From contig ML996687.1 in NCBI GenBank assembly GCA_010356995.1, positions 1,737,803 to 1,801,802 of the forward strand: 64,000 nt of DNA, written 5' to 3'. This document shows, in pieces, positions 49,383-62,458 of this stretch. The position numbers and the translations under genes are program-made. The notes beneath the pieces were generated by a model. That model ran no database searches and was not told the origin of the DNA. It was given only the letters and a program-made list of their open reading frames with translations. This DNA is from Trichodelitschia bisporula (Eukaryota). How positions within the stretch are numbered: the first letter of the stretch is position 1; the number at the start of each line of letters is the position of its first letter.

Positions 49383-51578
49383 TCATGTGGGAAAGGGTAA
49401 CACTGCCGGTGCCGCCGGCAAGGGCATGTCTGACGCCAGCCAGTCCTGATCAATGTCCATACTCATGGTTTGCCAGTTGAAGCTCGAGCCCATGTACGAC
49501 GTCGGCATTAAATTCCCATCCGGAGAGTGCCCTTCGAACGACGGCGGAGGCATATAAAAGCCGTCGTAGGCAATGAACGGATCCATTGAGCTGTACGTTG
49601 AAGCCGTATGCTGTGAAATGTCGGGTATACTCGGTGTTGAAGGTCCGGTGACGGAGCTGGCAGTAGACTGCGTCGACGTGGAAGCGGTGGTTCTTTGCTT
49701 GAACCACTGGCCCCTCCGAATCGAAATCATGCCGAAGAACGGAATGAATATCTTCAGCATGTCATTACCACAGCTTGCCTCGAGACTACAATCAGTGTCG
49801 CGAGCCTGCGACAGCTTCTCCAGCGCCTCGTAGCCCTGAGCCGCGACTTGGCCTCCTTTCTCGCCTGAAGCGCGCTTCAGGATCTCCATCGTTTTCTCTA
49901 CGGACGTCCAGTCCGCTTCGTCTTGTTGCACGCCATCGTTTTCTTTGCCCCCGTAGCCCAGCAGCCCGAGGACAAGGAACACGGAAGCAGTGAACCCGAT
50001 AAAATCAACCGCCTTGCATTCGTACATCGGCATGCCCTCGGCGCGGAGCATGTGGTACAGGCGCAGGAGCTCGCGGGCACCGTCTAAGCAGGCACGGCGG
50101 CTGTGCTCGTACCCTATGTTCGTGGCCGATTTAAGCATGAAGGGGAGGTGGAGGTAGACTTTCAGCTGGTGGAAGGCAATCTGCGAGAGCACTTTCTCCT
50201 GCCACTCGGTCACGGCCTTTACGTCTTCGAAAACAGTCTGCGGCTTCGTGCTCAGCCACCCGGGCGGCAGCTGGGCGGCAAACTCGGTGAGTTCCTGCTC
50301 AAAGTCCAGGGCGGAGGAGTAGGTCGCTTCGCGCAGGCCTTGGTTCCGGTCTACCACTCGTCCTGCGAAGTAGCCGATCTTGGCCATGAAGGCGTGGGGA
50401 GCGGACGCGGCGTTGAGCTTTGTGCCGCCGAAGTCCATGTTGCAATGGGCGTCTGCGATCCCGTACGGTAGACCAAGCATCAAGCTCGTAAGGCGATCAG
50501 CCACATAGAGCGTCCACCAGATGGACTCTCGTGGTGACGAGAATGCCCGGGCTTGGTGGAGGCCCAACAGCTCGGCAAAGAGCAGGCCGCGGCGGAAGAC
50601 AAGCCACGAGCGACGCGCCTGCCCGATATCGGCGTAAATCTTGCCCTGGAAAATGGAGCACTCAATCCCCTCCAGGGTTCCCATGTACTCATCGTCGGAG
50701 ATAATCCATCGGTCAACCAGGTTCACGCAGTGGTCGAGATGGTCGTCATCGACGCAAGACCCAAACATGAGGACGAGGATGCCGAGCTCGCTGGGGGTTC
50801 CGACTGTGAGGGCGCGGTTCAAGAATTGCTCCATTGTATACATGCCGCCTGTTCCCGGGCACTTCTTCCGGAACACAGACCATATTTCGGCCGAGCGGTT
50901 GAGGGTATCCTTGAGCTTTTCGTAGGCTGGAAGCACTGCGAGAAGCTCGCGGCGGACGCGACTGGCCTTAAGCTGGGCTGGAGTTTGGCCGGAGCCCTGG
51001 GAGACGAAGCTGCCGTGCTTCATTTTGGAGGAAGAGAGTGCGGGAGGGGTGGTCGCGACGGAAGGCTTATGGTGCTCGGCAGTGCTCAGTACGTCGTTAT
51101 CGAAGAGCGAAAGCAGAGGGGCCTTCCGGCCTCCACTCTCACTTGCAATATCTCTAGGAGGTGTGCTATCGGACTGTGGAGTGGCACTGGAGTGGTGACT
51201 AGTAGTTCCCAGCTCCCGAAGTACTTCGGCGGCTCGTCGGTCATGGCTGTGCTCGACCATGGAGTCTACGAGGGCTTCCAGCCGGGCCACCCGCTCCCGC
51301 AGGTTCTTTCGCTGGTCCAGTACGGCATCACTTTCGGCATGTTCTTGATCGATGCATCGTGATCCTCGGGCGAAGCATTCGGTACATACGGAGGGATGGT
51401 CCGAGGTGAATATGCATCGGATCTTCCTCCGGCGACCTGAGCATTGTCAGGTCTGGCCCCACATAATCCAGGTGAAACTAAGCTTACATTCAAAGCAGCT
51501 GTGGGTGCCTTTCCGCATCTTTTTGCGGATGCCGCCCTCACGTGGGCCGGGTTCTGTCGAACTGCGGATGGATGCCAT
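49383..51578 (-). CDS. Zn(II)2Cys6 fungal transcription factor with middle homology region
   Basis: KMRKGTHSCFECRRRKIRC..CTECFARGSRC, split by an intron at about 51438-51487. ARRSWL..LLGLH..IWWTLYVADRLTSLMLGLP fungal-specific TF domain. Confidence 0.92.
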
Positions 51579-51770
51579 TTCGTCCGAGAATCAAGGCCGG
51601 AGGATGCCGGATGGCTCAGGAAAGGAGATTCGGGGGAGAGAAGGGAAAAAACCGTATGATGAGAAAGCAGAAAGATGACCGCGATACAAAAAGGTCCAAA
51701 GCAGCCTTCAAGACCTCAGGAACGCCGCGAAACCTTGCAGGCAACAGTATTCTGACGCAGTTCATAGGAC

Positions 51771-51842
51771 CGGACGAATTCGTCCGAGTTATGTACCTCC
51801 GTACAGCTGACGGAGTCGGATGAATAATGTCACTTACATCCG
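51771..51842. promoter_or_regulatory. Cluster of three CGG/CCG inverted repeats in a divergent promoter
   Basis: Perfect 16-bp palindrome CGGACGAATTCGTCCG (51771-51786), CTCCGT-N7-ACGGAG (51797-51815) and CGGATG-N14-CATCCG (51817-51842). Confidence 0.45.
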
Positions 51843-52192
51843 CATGCTTCTTTTAACTTCGAATTAGTGTCGTGATCTATCTCCGTACTGCCGCAAGAGC
51901 GACTTTTTACTGCGTGTCTTGCTGTTGGGATCTTCCTTTCCCCTCGGTGTTGGTGCTGAACGTTGTCTAGAATACGTGAGTTCCGTTGCTGAAGGGGTCA
52001 TGGACAGCACGTGAAATCATGGAACGTGATGCCTCAGGGTCCCGGCCCACAAGGGATAGCGATCGCCAACACGTCATCGGTCGCGCATCACGCATCGCGC
52101 TGGTCCAACGCATTCGGCAGCGACAATGGTTAAATGCAACGGCTACAGACCCCCATCCAACATCACCACATGAACTCAAATCTTGCTCCAGG

Positions 52193-52791
52193 ATGAGCTC
52201 CCCAGATGCCGCGTCCGATCTGCCACCGCCCGCCACCAGACAACCTAAACTCGGAGTGGACGTTGCCCCGCGGCGCAAAAGCCACCAGACCAAAGATCCT
52301 CTTGGGGAAGTTCCATCGCCCAGCGTAAAGCGTTATGACGATCAACAAGACGACGGTGATCCGTTTTTCACCAAAGTATGCTATTTCCGGCGATGCCAGA
52401 AATGCGCCATTGCTAAGCTCCGCTCTAGCTCGTCCTAGCACCACTTCACTTCGTTTCTTTCCTTGTATCGCTTGCCTGGATCGAGCGGAGTTCGCGTTCT
52501 TATCGTGCTTCTGAACGCTCTTCCCCGTCATCAAACTGGTCTCCGAGGAATTGGTTGTCTCCAGAGCCATATCAATCCTCCAACAAGGATGTGTCTTCTA
52601 GCGAGGGGGAAGGGAAACAGTCTTGGTTCTTGCGCCGCAAGCACCGGAAGATGTTGAAGTTCCATGTCGGCAGAGCATTGGAACTGCGGGCGCCTGTCAT
52701 GGCTGTTCTCGCTACTCTTATCCTCATTTCTGCAATGGCACTCGGATGGGGCTTGAATATCCTCCTCGCCAGACTGCTTTCAAGGACCTAG
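52193..52791 (+). CDS. Small two-TM hypothetical membrane protein
   Basis: Exon 52193-52375 and intron 52376-52428 (GTATGC..GCTAAG..TAG) lead in frame to LVLAPLHFVSFLVSLAWIE..WLSPEPYQ..RKHRKMLK and a C-terminal TM helix. Confidence 0.75.
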
Positions 52792-52962
52792 AACCTGCCA
52801 TCTGCTTCCTTCGGTTGAAAAAAAAAACCCTTCAGATGGAGTCAGCGGTCATCGTGGGCAGTGTTCGACCATCATAGGATAATAGGACAAGTTGCATTAA
52901 ACAAGATACGTACGAGTAGGGGTATCGGTCATGCGGCTTAAAGCAGATGCACAAAACAAGAA

Positions 52963-55900
52963 TCAGTTATCGCCATTCCGCCTTTTCGCCGCGTCCAACG
53001 CCGCCATCAACCTCTCCTTTCTCGCTGCCTCCTCGGGATCGTCGCTTGTTCTCTTCGTTCCGAGCAGAACGTCCAACTCCGTTTGGGCCTCCCTCAAATC
53101 TCCCTCCAGAGCCTGGACGCGCTTCACCGACTCCTCTATGAGCTTCTCATCTTCAATCCCCCTTTCACGCTCAAGCCGATCAAAGTATTCCGGGCCATCC
53201 CCTTTCAACTTCGCGCTGGCAACCGACACTTCGTACTCGCATTCGTTGAGGTTCATCTCCACGACCTCAAAGTGCTTCATCAGCTTTGTAGAGTCAGCCG
53301 ACACGTCGGCTAATACGGCGCATGCCTCCGTGATCAACTTTGCGACTTCGGGATCCACCCCTCTAGCAGCGGCTTGCGCCGCAGCATCGCGCACCTGTGC
53401 CATGAACTCCTCGTTTTCGCCGACTCCCCTCTCCATGGAGGCATCCACTATCTTCCACAGCCTCTTGCACCGCTCAGCCCGCTCAACCTTCGCCTTGATC
53501 TCCGCCCGCTTCTCATTCAGCTCGAAGGCCTTTTCCATCTTCTTCATGCTAGCAATGTCGCCTCTGGCATAAAATGGCTTAGTCTCCGTTCGCTTGTACC
53601 GCCGATCCCGCTCCACCACGGCCTTGGTAACCTCCTCGTACCGCTCCTCGAGCGACTTGTGTACCTGTAGCGCCACGCCAACGGCATCCGCCAAGTCAGT
53701 GTCCCCCGGCAATGGGGCAAGCGCCCTGAAACCCGCCACACCGGTACGCACAAGCGCTTCCGCGTCCGCGTACAGATTCATTACGCCGCCAATCTGCTCC
53801 TGAAGCGTCCGGAAGACGGGATCAAACACATCCCTATTGTAACTCGCGTATTCTTCTCTGTCCTCAGCAGCTTTACGGTCGAGCTCTTCGGCCTTGGCTT
53901 GATTCTCAAGTGTTTCGATATCCCCGTAGCCGATTTCCTGGTCTTCATACAACTCGTTCGTCCGTTGCTCTGCTGCGTCTTGACGGGCGCGGCGCTCGAC
54001 TTCGAGACGGTCCCGTTTCTGCGCCGCCCCGGTCTCCCAAGACTTCGTGAGTACGCTGATGAAACCAAAGTCTGAGGGGTACTTCGTGAGCGATGTGCGG
54101 ATAAGCCGCAAATCCTTAGAGGGTGTAGAGTCAGCAGACTGAGATGGCAGAAGAGACTGGAGGAGCTCAATGGGGGTCTTGCGGGTCGTTTTCACCCCGG
54201 GCTCTTTGAATATCTGAGGGGCTGTCGGCGGATCCTGGACCTGGGGAGCAGGTGTCTTGGGTTTCAGAGGCGGTGGCAAAGGGGCTTCGGGTTTGATGAT
54301 AGGCGTCTCCAGCTCTCCCAAGAAAGTCTCGTGCTTAGAAAAGCTCTTTCCTTTGGCTGGAGGGGCTGATGAAGGGGCCACTGGAGGGGGGGCATAAATT
54401 GGAGTATAGACAGGTTGGGTAACTGGGGTAGTGGAGGGAGATGAAGCCTTTCCGCTTGTGCTTGCGGCGGGTGTGTAAACGAATGGCATGTACTTAACAT
54501 CGACCGTAGGAGGCGATGTTACTGACGGCGCTGAAGCCCCGTCAGGAAGAGTGTCCCTGCGGTACGGCTTGAATGCAGGCTTCGGGTCTGGCGGCGGTGC
54601 TGCTTTGGGCTCAACCGAAACCACCGAAAACTGATTCGCGTCGGAGCCAGGAGTGCTAGGCAAGCTCGTTACTGACTGCCGAGGTACAAGTATCGGCCGG
54701 CCCCCAGGGCTGTACTGGGGTTCGGAATCAACCATAATGAAGTCTGAGGGCGGAGACGCAGCCCGAGCCTTGAGATCGGTCTGGATCGGAGCCGGTTTCG
54801 GAGTGCCTAGCGGGCTGACCTTCTGCTGCTTGAAGCCTTGCACTTCACCCTCGGATCCGAATGGAAGGTCGACACCTCTCAAGCTAGACTCAGCATTGAC
54901 GAAGTCCATGAAGACCTTGAGTTTTTCTTGTACGGTATTGGCGTTAGACTCTGTGTAGAGAATATCCCTAAAGCGTTCAAGCGAGCCTCTGAACCAAGGA
55001 TCAAGCCCGGGGGCGATGTCGACTGGAGGCGCAGGCTTGTTCTTTTCGTCTTCCAATTCGGATTGCGCATCTTCCAGCTGTATTTTCAGATCATCCAGCC
55101 GCTGCCTCGCATCCTCGAGGTCCTTCTTCGAATCTCCCAGCTGCCTGTTCAGATCTGCGACCTGGGCCACACTTGATGCCAGCGCGAGTTCTTTTTCGGA
55201 GAACATAGCTTCTGCCGATTCTTTCTCCGTCTTCAAAGTTTTCATGGCGCTTTCAGCGTCGGAAAGTTTTTTCCGCAAAGTTTCTAGCTCCGACTGAGTT
55301 TGACGGGCGACTTGAGCAGCTTCTGCCTCCCGGAGGTCTGATTTCTCCTGTAGCTCATTCAAAGATGTTTCCAACTGGTTCGTCACGGAACCCTTCTGCG
55401 CAATCACAGAGTCCTTTTGAGCCAGTAGAGAATCCTTTTGGCTGAGCAGAGAATCCTTGTGAACCAAGGAGCTTTCCTTTTGGGCGAGCAGTGAATCCTT
55501 GTGAGCTAATGAGCTTTCCTTTTGAGCAAGTTCTGACTCCACATTTGCCAGTTTAGATCGCAGGGTACTGAGTTCAGTCTGAGAACTTGCAAGTGCAGCA
55601 GCACTCTCTGGATCTGCACGCGGGGTGGTATGTGGAGGATAGCCCTGGACCATAGGAGGTTCCTGCATGGGGCCCTGTCGCCTATCGTCCGGATATATGG
55701 TCCGTTCGGCGGACTGATGTGCTGCAGAAACGACGGCGTGGGTTTGCGGCAGCGCAACAGGGTACGCACCGAACCCATCATCCATCACAAAGGATGTCGG
55801 CGTGTTTGGCGGCAAAGTGATCCTTCCCTGGTCATGTGTACGGTTTGGATATCCACTGGGCTTGGACGGGGCAGGGCTCGATGAAGACGGAGCAATAATG

Positions 55901-57793
55901 CCTCCAACCACTGGCGGCTGGCTAACCTCGGAGACAATCGGTGCTGGTGGACTCGCAGAAGGTGGAACGACGGCATTTTGCGGAAAAGCCATTGATTGAG
56001 GCCGCCTGATATTCAACGGAGCCGGTGCCTGAGGGGCGGGCCAGCTGTCCTCTTGAACGTTCGTATTTCCGGTATCAAATGGCGATCTGTTGTCCAGCGA
56101 ATCCGACGGCAGTTCAGCGGCAGCAAGCGGTGCGGGTGCTTCGTCCGATGTTTTGTGGCTGTACATCGCAGTGTCGTCAATCTCATCCGTGGACGGGCCA
56201 AAGTATTCCCAGTCAGAAGGGCCCCCAAAACCCAGCGCAGAGGCGTTCGTGGCATTGGTCCGCCGTACAGATGGCTTGTCCGGTACTGGGGGTGGAGCAG
56301 CCGTTATGCTCTCAGCCGGTGTTGGTACTGAATCTCTTGACACCCGTGAGCTGCTGCGTGAAGGCCCGTCATACCGCAATTGATCTAAGCTCACAACACT
56401 TTGGCGCGTTATCAATGGAGATATAGGGACATCATTCAAACTTTGCACCGGACTCTGAACCCTCTGGTACGACGAAGTTTGGCCCTGCGATGAAGGACGT
56501 ACAACCGATGCAGCGTGTGATGACGCGGGAGCCCCGTAATGGCCAGGCCATGCGTTGTTTTGGGCATCTAACGGCTGTGTCTGGGCCTGGCTCGCAGCTG
56601 AAGCCGGAGGTATTGGGACGGACTCAGACTGACCAGAGTACGGGGGCTGATTGAGGCCAGCCTGGGTGGTGTGTGCCTCATCATACTGGGAATATAGCTG
56701 CTGTGGAACTGGAGGTGGATTATAGCCGGAAGTAGACTGATGTGGAGTGCCTTGACTAGGTTGGGTCTGATAGGGATGGATCGACTTTGGTGCCACAGGT
56801 GCGGTACCCGCTTGATACGCCGGAGGAGGCTCGGAAGTCGGCGCATATGTGGAGCCTTGCGAAGCGCTGTGCCCATGCGACCAGTTCTGGGTTTGATAGC
56901 TTCCAGATGTGGGCAGATTGCCAGAGGCTGCACTTGAGCCGTACCCCGATTGAGGAGGTCCATAAGGTGGTCTATTATGAGCTGGACTAAAGCTTGAGGC
57001 TGGTGGGTGTGCGGGAACATTGCCTTGATTTTGGCTGTACGGACGCTGGTACGGGTCATTGGATGAGGCATTCGAAGTGGCCGGCGCATACGGCGATTGG
57101 CTTTGTGGGCGATTGTATTGCCTTGGAGGTTCATGCTGTGGTTGGGCATAACCGGGCTGCGCATTGGGCTCGTGTTTGTGACTCTGCGGCTGCTGAGAGT
57201 ATGGCGTAGGTTGTGGCCAGCCCGCTACGTTTTGCGAGACTTGCTCTTGGTACGCGGAGGGTAAGGACGGCAGAGGAGGTTGGGGATACTGCGGCGCTGA
57301 ATCTTGATATTGGGAATAAGCGTTACCGCCTACACGGGGCTAGCATGGCAACGTCAATAAGTTCCCTCAATGGCTTGTCCAATCTGCTTACAGGAGGAGG
57401 GGGCGGCTGCTGCTGGTATTGGGATTGACCGCCGTAATTGTAGCCGGACGCGTTGTCCTGCGCTTGGTACGGTGGGCGAGCCGGGGGCGGCGGCGCTTGT
57501 TGGTAACCAGTTTGCGCATGTACTGGAGGGCCCTGCGGTACGTTCCATTGTGACTGCGGGGGTTGAGGTGGGGGAGGAGGCGCGTAGCTGTAAGGACCTG
57601 AGTGAGCACGACCATCAGCGCGGCTCACAACGCGCGGACAACAGAAACGCGGCGTCTCACCAGCACTAGACAATCGTTGCTCACCATATGTAGTGGTGGG
57701 CGGTCGCTGGTATGGATCATGCCGTTGATATGGATCTTGCGGCACAGTATTGCCATATCCCAGGGGCGCAGGTGGTGGTGGTGGAGCGGCCAT
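52963..57793 (-). CDS. Large (about 1560 aa) hypothetical protein: P/Q/Y-rich N-terminus, central coiled coil, helical C-terminal domain
   Basis: ATG 57793. Introns 57598-57684 and 57340-57391 join in frame with the 1277-aa ORF. Ordered motif NASALGFGGPSDWEYFG. Confidence 0.8.
55388..55533 (-). repeat. About 7 x 21-bp coding minisatellite (heptad L-x-(Q/H)-K-(D/E)-S-x)
   Basis: Encodes LAQKESS LAHKDSL LAQKESS LVHKDSL LSQKDSL LAQKDSV IAQKGSV; TCCTT recurs every 21 nt on the + strand. Confidence 0.85.
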
Positions 57794-58290
57794 GGCGGGC
57801 TAGCTGTCGATGGAAGGTGGCGCTGGCTCAGCTGAAGGAGAGGATATAGGCCATGCGATAAGAGGCTTCTCAGGGAGCAAAGTCGGCGATACGTCGTGAA
57901 GTAAAAGAAGTGCTGCGATCAGCTTGTCAAGATACAAAGGGATGGCGTGTTCACCAAACGGCAGCAGCTGCTGGGAGTCGATGTCGTTGAGGCTGAAGCG
58001 CCAAAAGGTGGCTGTACAGACGCCACGGCGCATGACACCAAAAAGCACATGTTCACAAGGGATACGAACCGGGGATAGGAATTCTGACCGTACTTAGTAG
58101 AACTAGGAGAGATGACGCAAATGTTGCTACATAACTCAAGAAGCAAAGTGTTTGATGGAGTCTATAGAACCTTTTTGAGCAGCCCAAACTCCAAGATACA
58201 CGATGCCTCTCCACACCACAAAATGAATCTACGCGGAACTCCTTTATCATGACTATGGAATACAGTGTATGCACAGACGACGCCGTCCCT

Positions 58291-61200
58291 CTATTCGCCC
58301 TTCAGCACTTTGGGGCTCTTCGTCGATGTCTTGGGCAGATAAATCTGCCTCTCCGCAAACTTGAGAACTTCGTCGATTGCGCTACTAAAGTCAGCCTGAG
58401 CTTCCTCAAATCATCGTGCACTTACATTATTGGCGCGCTGATGAGAAGGACTGCCTTCCACTCGTTCCAGTCAAGCGGAGCGATGGAGAAGAGGCCTTGG
58501 AGGAAGGGGATGTAGAGGAGAGCAAAGTGAAGCGCCATGGACAGGCAGATCGCATAAACGAGCATCATGTTCTTCCAGAGCGGGAGCGTAAGGAGGGACT
58601 CGCTCGATGACAGAGCATTCATGGCGTTGAGCATCTCAATCACGACGAGGCTGCAGATCCGTTAGCAAAGCGTTGCCACATATACGAGATGCCTACATCG
58701 ACAGGGAGACGGTTGATGCCGACTTCGCCATGGAGTTCGAGAACATCTCGCAGCCAATCTCCGGAAAGTCTGTAGAGCAGCGGTGAAAGTTGGTCTAGAC
58801 GGGTAAGATACTGCCAGAAAACTCTGTGGACTGCTTACCAGATGGCTGAACGTGATTTGCGGCCCCGCCGGATTGAACATGAACCACCAGGCATATCCAA
58901 AAACAGTAGCAAGACCCACGTATGTTCCGATAACCATGTAGCGGAAAAAGAGCCAGCCACCCACAAGCGGCTCATCACGCTTGCGAGGAGCCCGCCTCAT
59001 GAGATCATGGTCCGGGGGGTTGAATGAAAGTGCCGTTGCTGGCAGCCCGTCAGTGACAAGGTTGACCCAAAGAAGCTGCACCGGAATAAGCGCCTCGGGC
59101 ATGCCCGCAGCAGCAGTAAGAAAAATGGAAACAACTTCGCCGATATTAGACGAGATCAGATAGCGAATGAACTGCTGCGTGTTGTTGAAGATAGAACGCC
59201 CTTCCTCAACGGCGGACTCGATCGTTGCGAAGTTGTTATCGGCGAGCACCATGTCGGCTGCGAGGCGCGCAACATCCGTTCCCGAACCCATGGCTACGCC
59301 AATGTCAGCCTTCTTCAGGGCGGGAGCATCATTGACGCCGTCGCCAGTCATGGCTACGACCTCTCCGGCAGACTGCAGAAGGTCGACAAGCTTGGACTTG
59401 TGCGTGGGTTCGGTACGGGAGAAGAGCGAGGCGCGCTTTGCCGCGGCCAGTTTCTCTGCCTCGCTAAGCTCGTCAAACTCGCGTCCAGTGTAGCTCTTGC
59501 CGGTAAGGTCCTCGTCGACGCCAAACACGCCGATTTGACGGCAAATGGTCTCCGCGGTGTTCTTGCTGTCACCCGTAATAACAACCACACGGATTCCCGC
59601 CATCCGGCACTTGCGAATTGCCTCAGCCACTTCGGGGCGCGGCGGATCCCGCATGCCAACCAGTCCAATGAGCGTCATGTTCTGTTCCAGCTTCAGGTAA
59701 TCCTTGGAAGACTTCGCGGTGCGAGAAAGCGGATTGGAGCCGACGTCGTCCACGGTAGCCAGTGCCATAACACGCAGCCCACGATTTCCATATTCCACAA
59801 CTTCTCTGGAGATCAACTGCGACAGTTTTGAATCGAGTGGCACCCTTTTACCATGCGTTCCGGCAACAGCGTGGGAGCACCGAGCGAGAATTGTTTCCGG
59901 CGCGCCTTTTACAAGAAGACGTTGCTTATTGTTCGTGCCTTCGACGAGAACAGACATGCTCTTCCGGTCACGCGAGAATTCATAAGTGGCTAACACCGGT
60001 GCTTGGTCCTCGTAGTACTTGCTGTGGTAATGAAGACGGCGCTCCAGGGGAAGTTGAGTTCTCGCTTCATTGAAGGCAGTCTGCGGTGTTCCAATCTTTT
60101 CCACGAGAACGCGAAGGGCACCTTCCGTTGGTTCGCCGACGATGCTGTATGTGCCGTTTTTGGCGTCAAGAGACAGCTTGGAGTCGTTGCAAAGTGCAGC
60201 GACTTCGGCAAGTTGCTGAAGCGTCGGGGTTGCGGCAGGATGCTCGAGCGCTTTGCCACGGAACGTGACGCCACCCTCCGGAGCAAAGCTCGTGCCTTGA
60301 ACATCAACTTCTTCCAGGCTCTTTCCGTCCTCGCCGATGAAGACGATCTTATTGACGCTCATTTGGTTCGTGGTAATGGTTCCAGTCTTGTCCGAGCAGA
60401 TAACGCTGCAACTTCCGAGGGTCTCTACAGATGGCAGGTTGCGCACTACGGCATTCTTGGCTGCCATCTTGCGAGTTCCAAGGGCGAGGCATGTCGTGAT
60501 GACCACAGCGAGACCTTCCGGAATTGCGGCAACACCAAGGGACACGGCAATCTATGTGGATTAGCGGAGACAAACAATGAGGAAGCGCAACCCACCTTCA
60601 GATAGTAGACGGCTCCCTTGGCCCAGCTCCCATGTGAGGGATCACTGAAGTGGCGAACGTTGATGAGCCAAACTACGATACAGATTACCGTAATGACCTT
60701 TGCAAGCTTATCGCCAAAGTCATTCAGCTTCTCCTTCAGAGGAGTAGGCTGCGAGATCTGGGAGGTGATGCTCTCGTGAATATCCCCAATAGCCGTGTTC
60801 GGACCGGTAAGCACCACAAGGGCGTTCGCGTGGCCTGTAACGACCGTGGTGCCGGAGAAGAGCATATTGACTTGGTCTTGCTTGACCGCATCCTTGTCCT
60901 TGATCGGCTTGATGCTCTTACCGACACTTTCACTTTCGCCAGTGAGAATAGACTGGTCGACGCTGAAGGCATTGCTATGGATCGAAAGAAGCCTGCAGTC
61001 CGCAGGCACTCTATCTCCAACCGCAACCGTGATGATATCCCCGGGCACCAGGTGCTCAGCCTTGATGCGCTTCACAGCCCCAGCCCGTATGACCTTTGCC
61101 TCGTTGGCCGAGTATTCCTGAAGCGCGGCAATCGCCTTTTCTGCGCTGCTCTCCTGAGAGACTCCCACGACAGCATTGAGGATAAGGATAGTAAGGATCT

Positions 61201-61581
61201 ACGGCATCGAGAGCGGTTAGCGCGATCAAGCGGGTGGAGTCAGGAAACGTACGACAACGGGATCAACAAAGGCCGTCCAGCCGTCTCCACCTTCGAACAG
61301 CGCGAGGACGAAAGAGAGGGCAGCAGAGCCTAGCAGTATGAGAACGAGCTGATCTTTAAATTGCTCTAGAATGAGCTCCCATATGGGCGTGGCCGGCTCT
61401 TCCGGCAAGGCTAAGGAGAGTCAGTACAAAGCTTTCGTTGTGAGCAGATGAGAAGATAAGTACCATTACGGCCATGCTTCGCCCTCAGGACTTCAACACG
61501 CGCTTCGTTGAGACCTTTAGCTTCGGTAACATCAAAGTGCTTGAGCACTTCTTGCGTCGAGCGAACAAAAGCATCGTCCAT
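58291..61581 (-). CDS. nca-1: SERCA-type P2A Ca2+-ATPase of the ER
   Basis: [39 protein letters not shown] and [14 protein letters not shown] motifs. About 6 short introns; C-terminus ...KVLKGE. Confidence 0.95.
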
Positions 61582-62158
61582 GATGGAGCTCGGACAAAGG
61601 GCTGCACTCCGCCAAGACGGGGTTTAAGATGGGATGAAAGCTACTGGAAGACAAGGGACAGAGGCCTCTGCAGAGGAAGGGACAGCAAAGAATGGCTTTA
61701 TCAAACGGTTGATGAAATTGCAGAAGGCGCCGTGAAGGCGTGGAGAAGGTTGCAGATACGATTCGTCGGTGTTGCGAACTACAATCTGGCCTCTTGTCAA
61801 AAATGGACGTGACCCCAGACGTTACGTACCGCCACTCGATGCGTGCCAAGTTAGCGGGAGCTAAGTCACATGTAGCGCGTTTGCCACGATGTCACGGGAT
61901 TTCCAGTTTTGAGCTTCAAGGCATCCTGCATGAGCTTGAGATGGAAGTATTGATCAAATTGAGAGTTCGCATGGCATCTTTGTGGTACAGGGTGCTTTTC
62001 TCGAGAGTCTATCACTTCCAGTGACAACGCACGACTGTGAACGATACAGCAGTGCCAATGCTTTGGCTACAGCTTGATACGTCATAGGGTTCAGAAGAGA
62101 GACCGTCTCATCGTCATGAAGCTTGCTCTGCCTATTGAAAATTCAAAACTCGCTCGAC

Positions 62159-62458
62159 TCAGGCTCCACCCTCACGCTTTGCGTACTCGTCCTCAATGCG
62201 CCCTGCGTACTGTCTGTCCGCATCGCTTTCGGGTAAGGTTAATGCCGCGCGGACCGATTCTCCTTCGGCCGGATAGTAGATGGCCTCTGCTTTCGGCTCC
62301 TCTCCCGTCCGTTCGGAGGTGGTGTAAACTGTTGTGCCTGAGGGGTCGGAAGCCGTGATTTTGGTGCGATGGGCCTCTTGCGGTTCCGCTCCGTTCACCG
62401 ACGCGGAGAAAGAGGAGTTGCTGATGGAAGCCGATTTGAAGGTTGACTGAAAAGGCAT
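62159..62458 (-). CDS. Small hydrophilic hypothetical protein ending in EDEYAKREGGA
   Basis: 99-aa ORF with ATG context ATCATG. I recall the C-terminal RIEDEYAKREGGA as a recurrent motif in small ascomycete proteins. Confidence 0.65.
   Translation of the reverse strand: MPFQSTFKSASISNSSFSASVNGAEPQEAHRTKITASDPSGTTVYTTSERTGEEPKAEAIYYPAEGESVRAALTLPESDADRQYAGRIEDEYAKREGGA

Noticed and set aside
40498..51578. MFS transporter plus Zn2Cys6 factor as a secondary-metabolite cluster
   Set aside because: They are separated by unrelated genes, and no PKS, NRPS, terpene synthase or tailoring enzymes are nearby.
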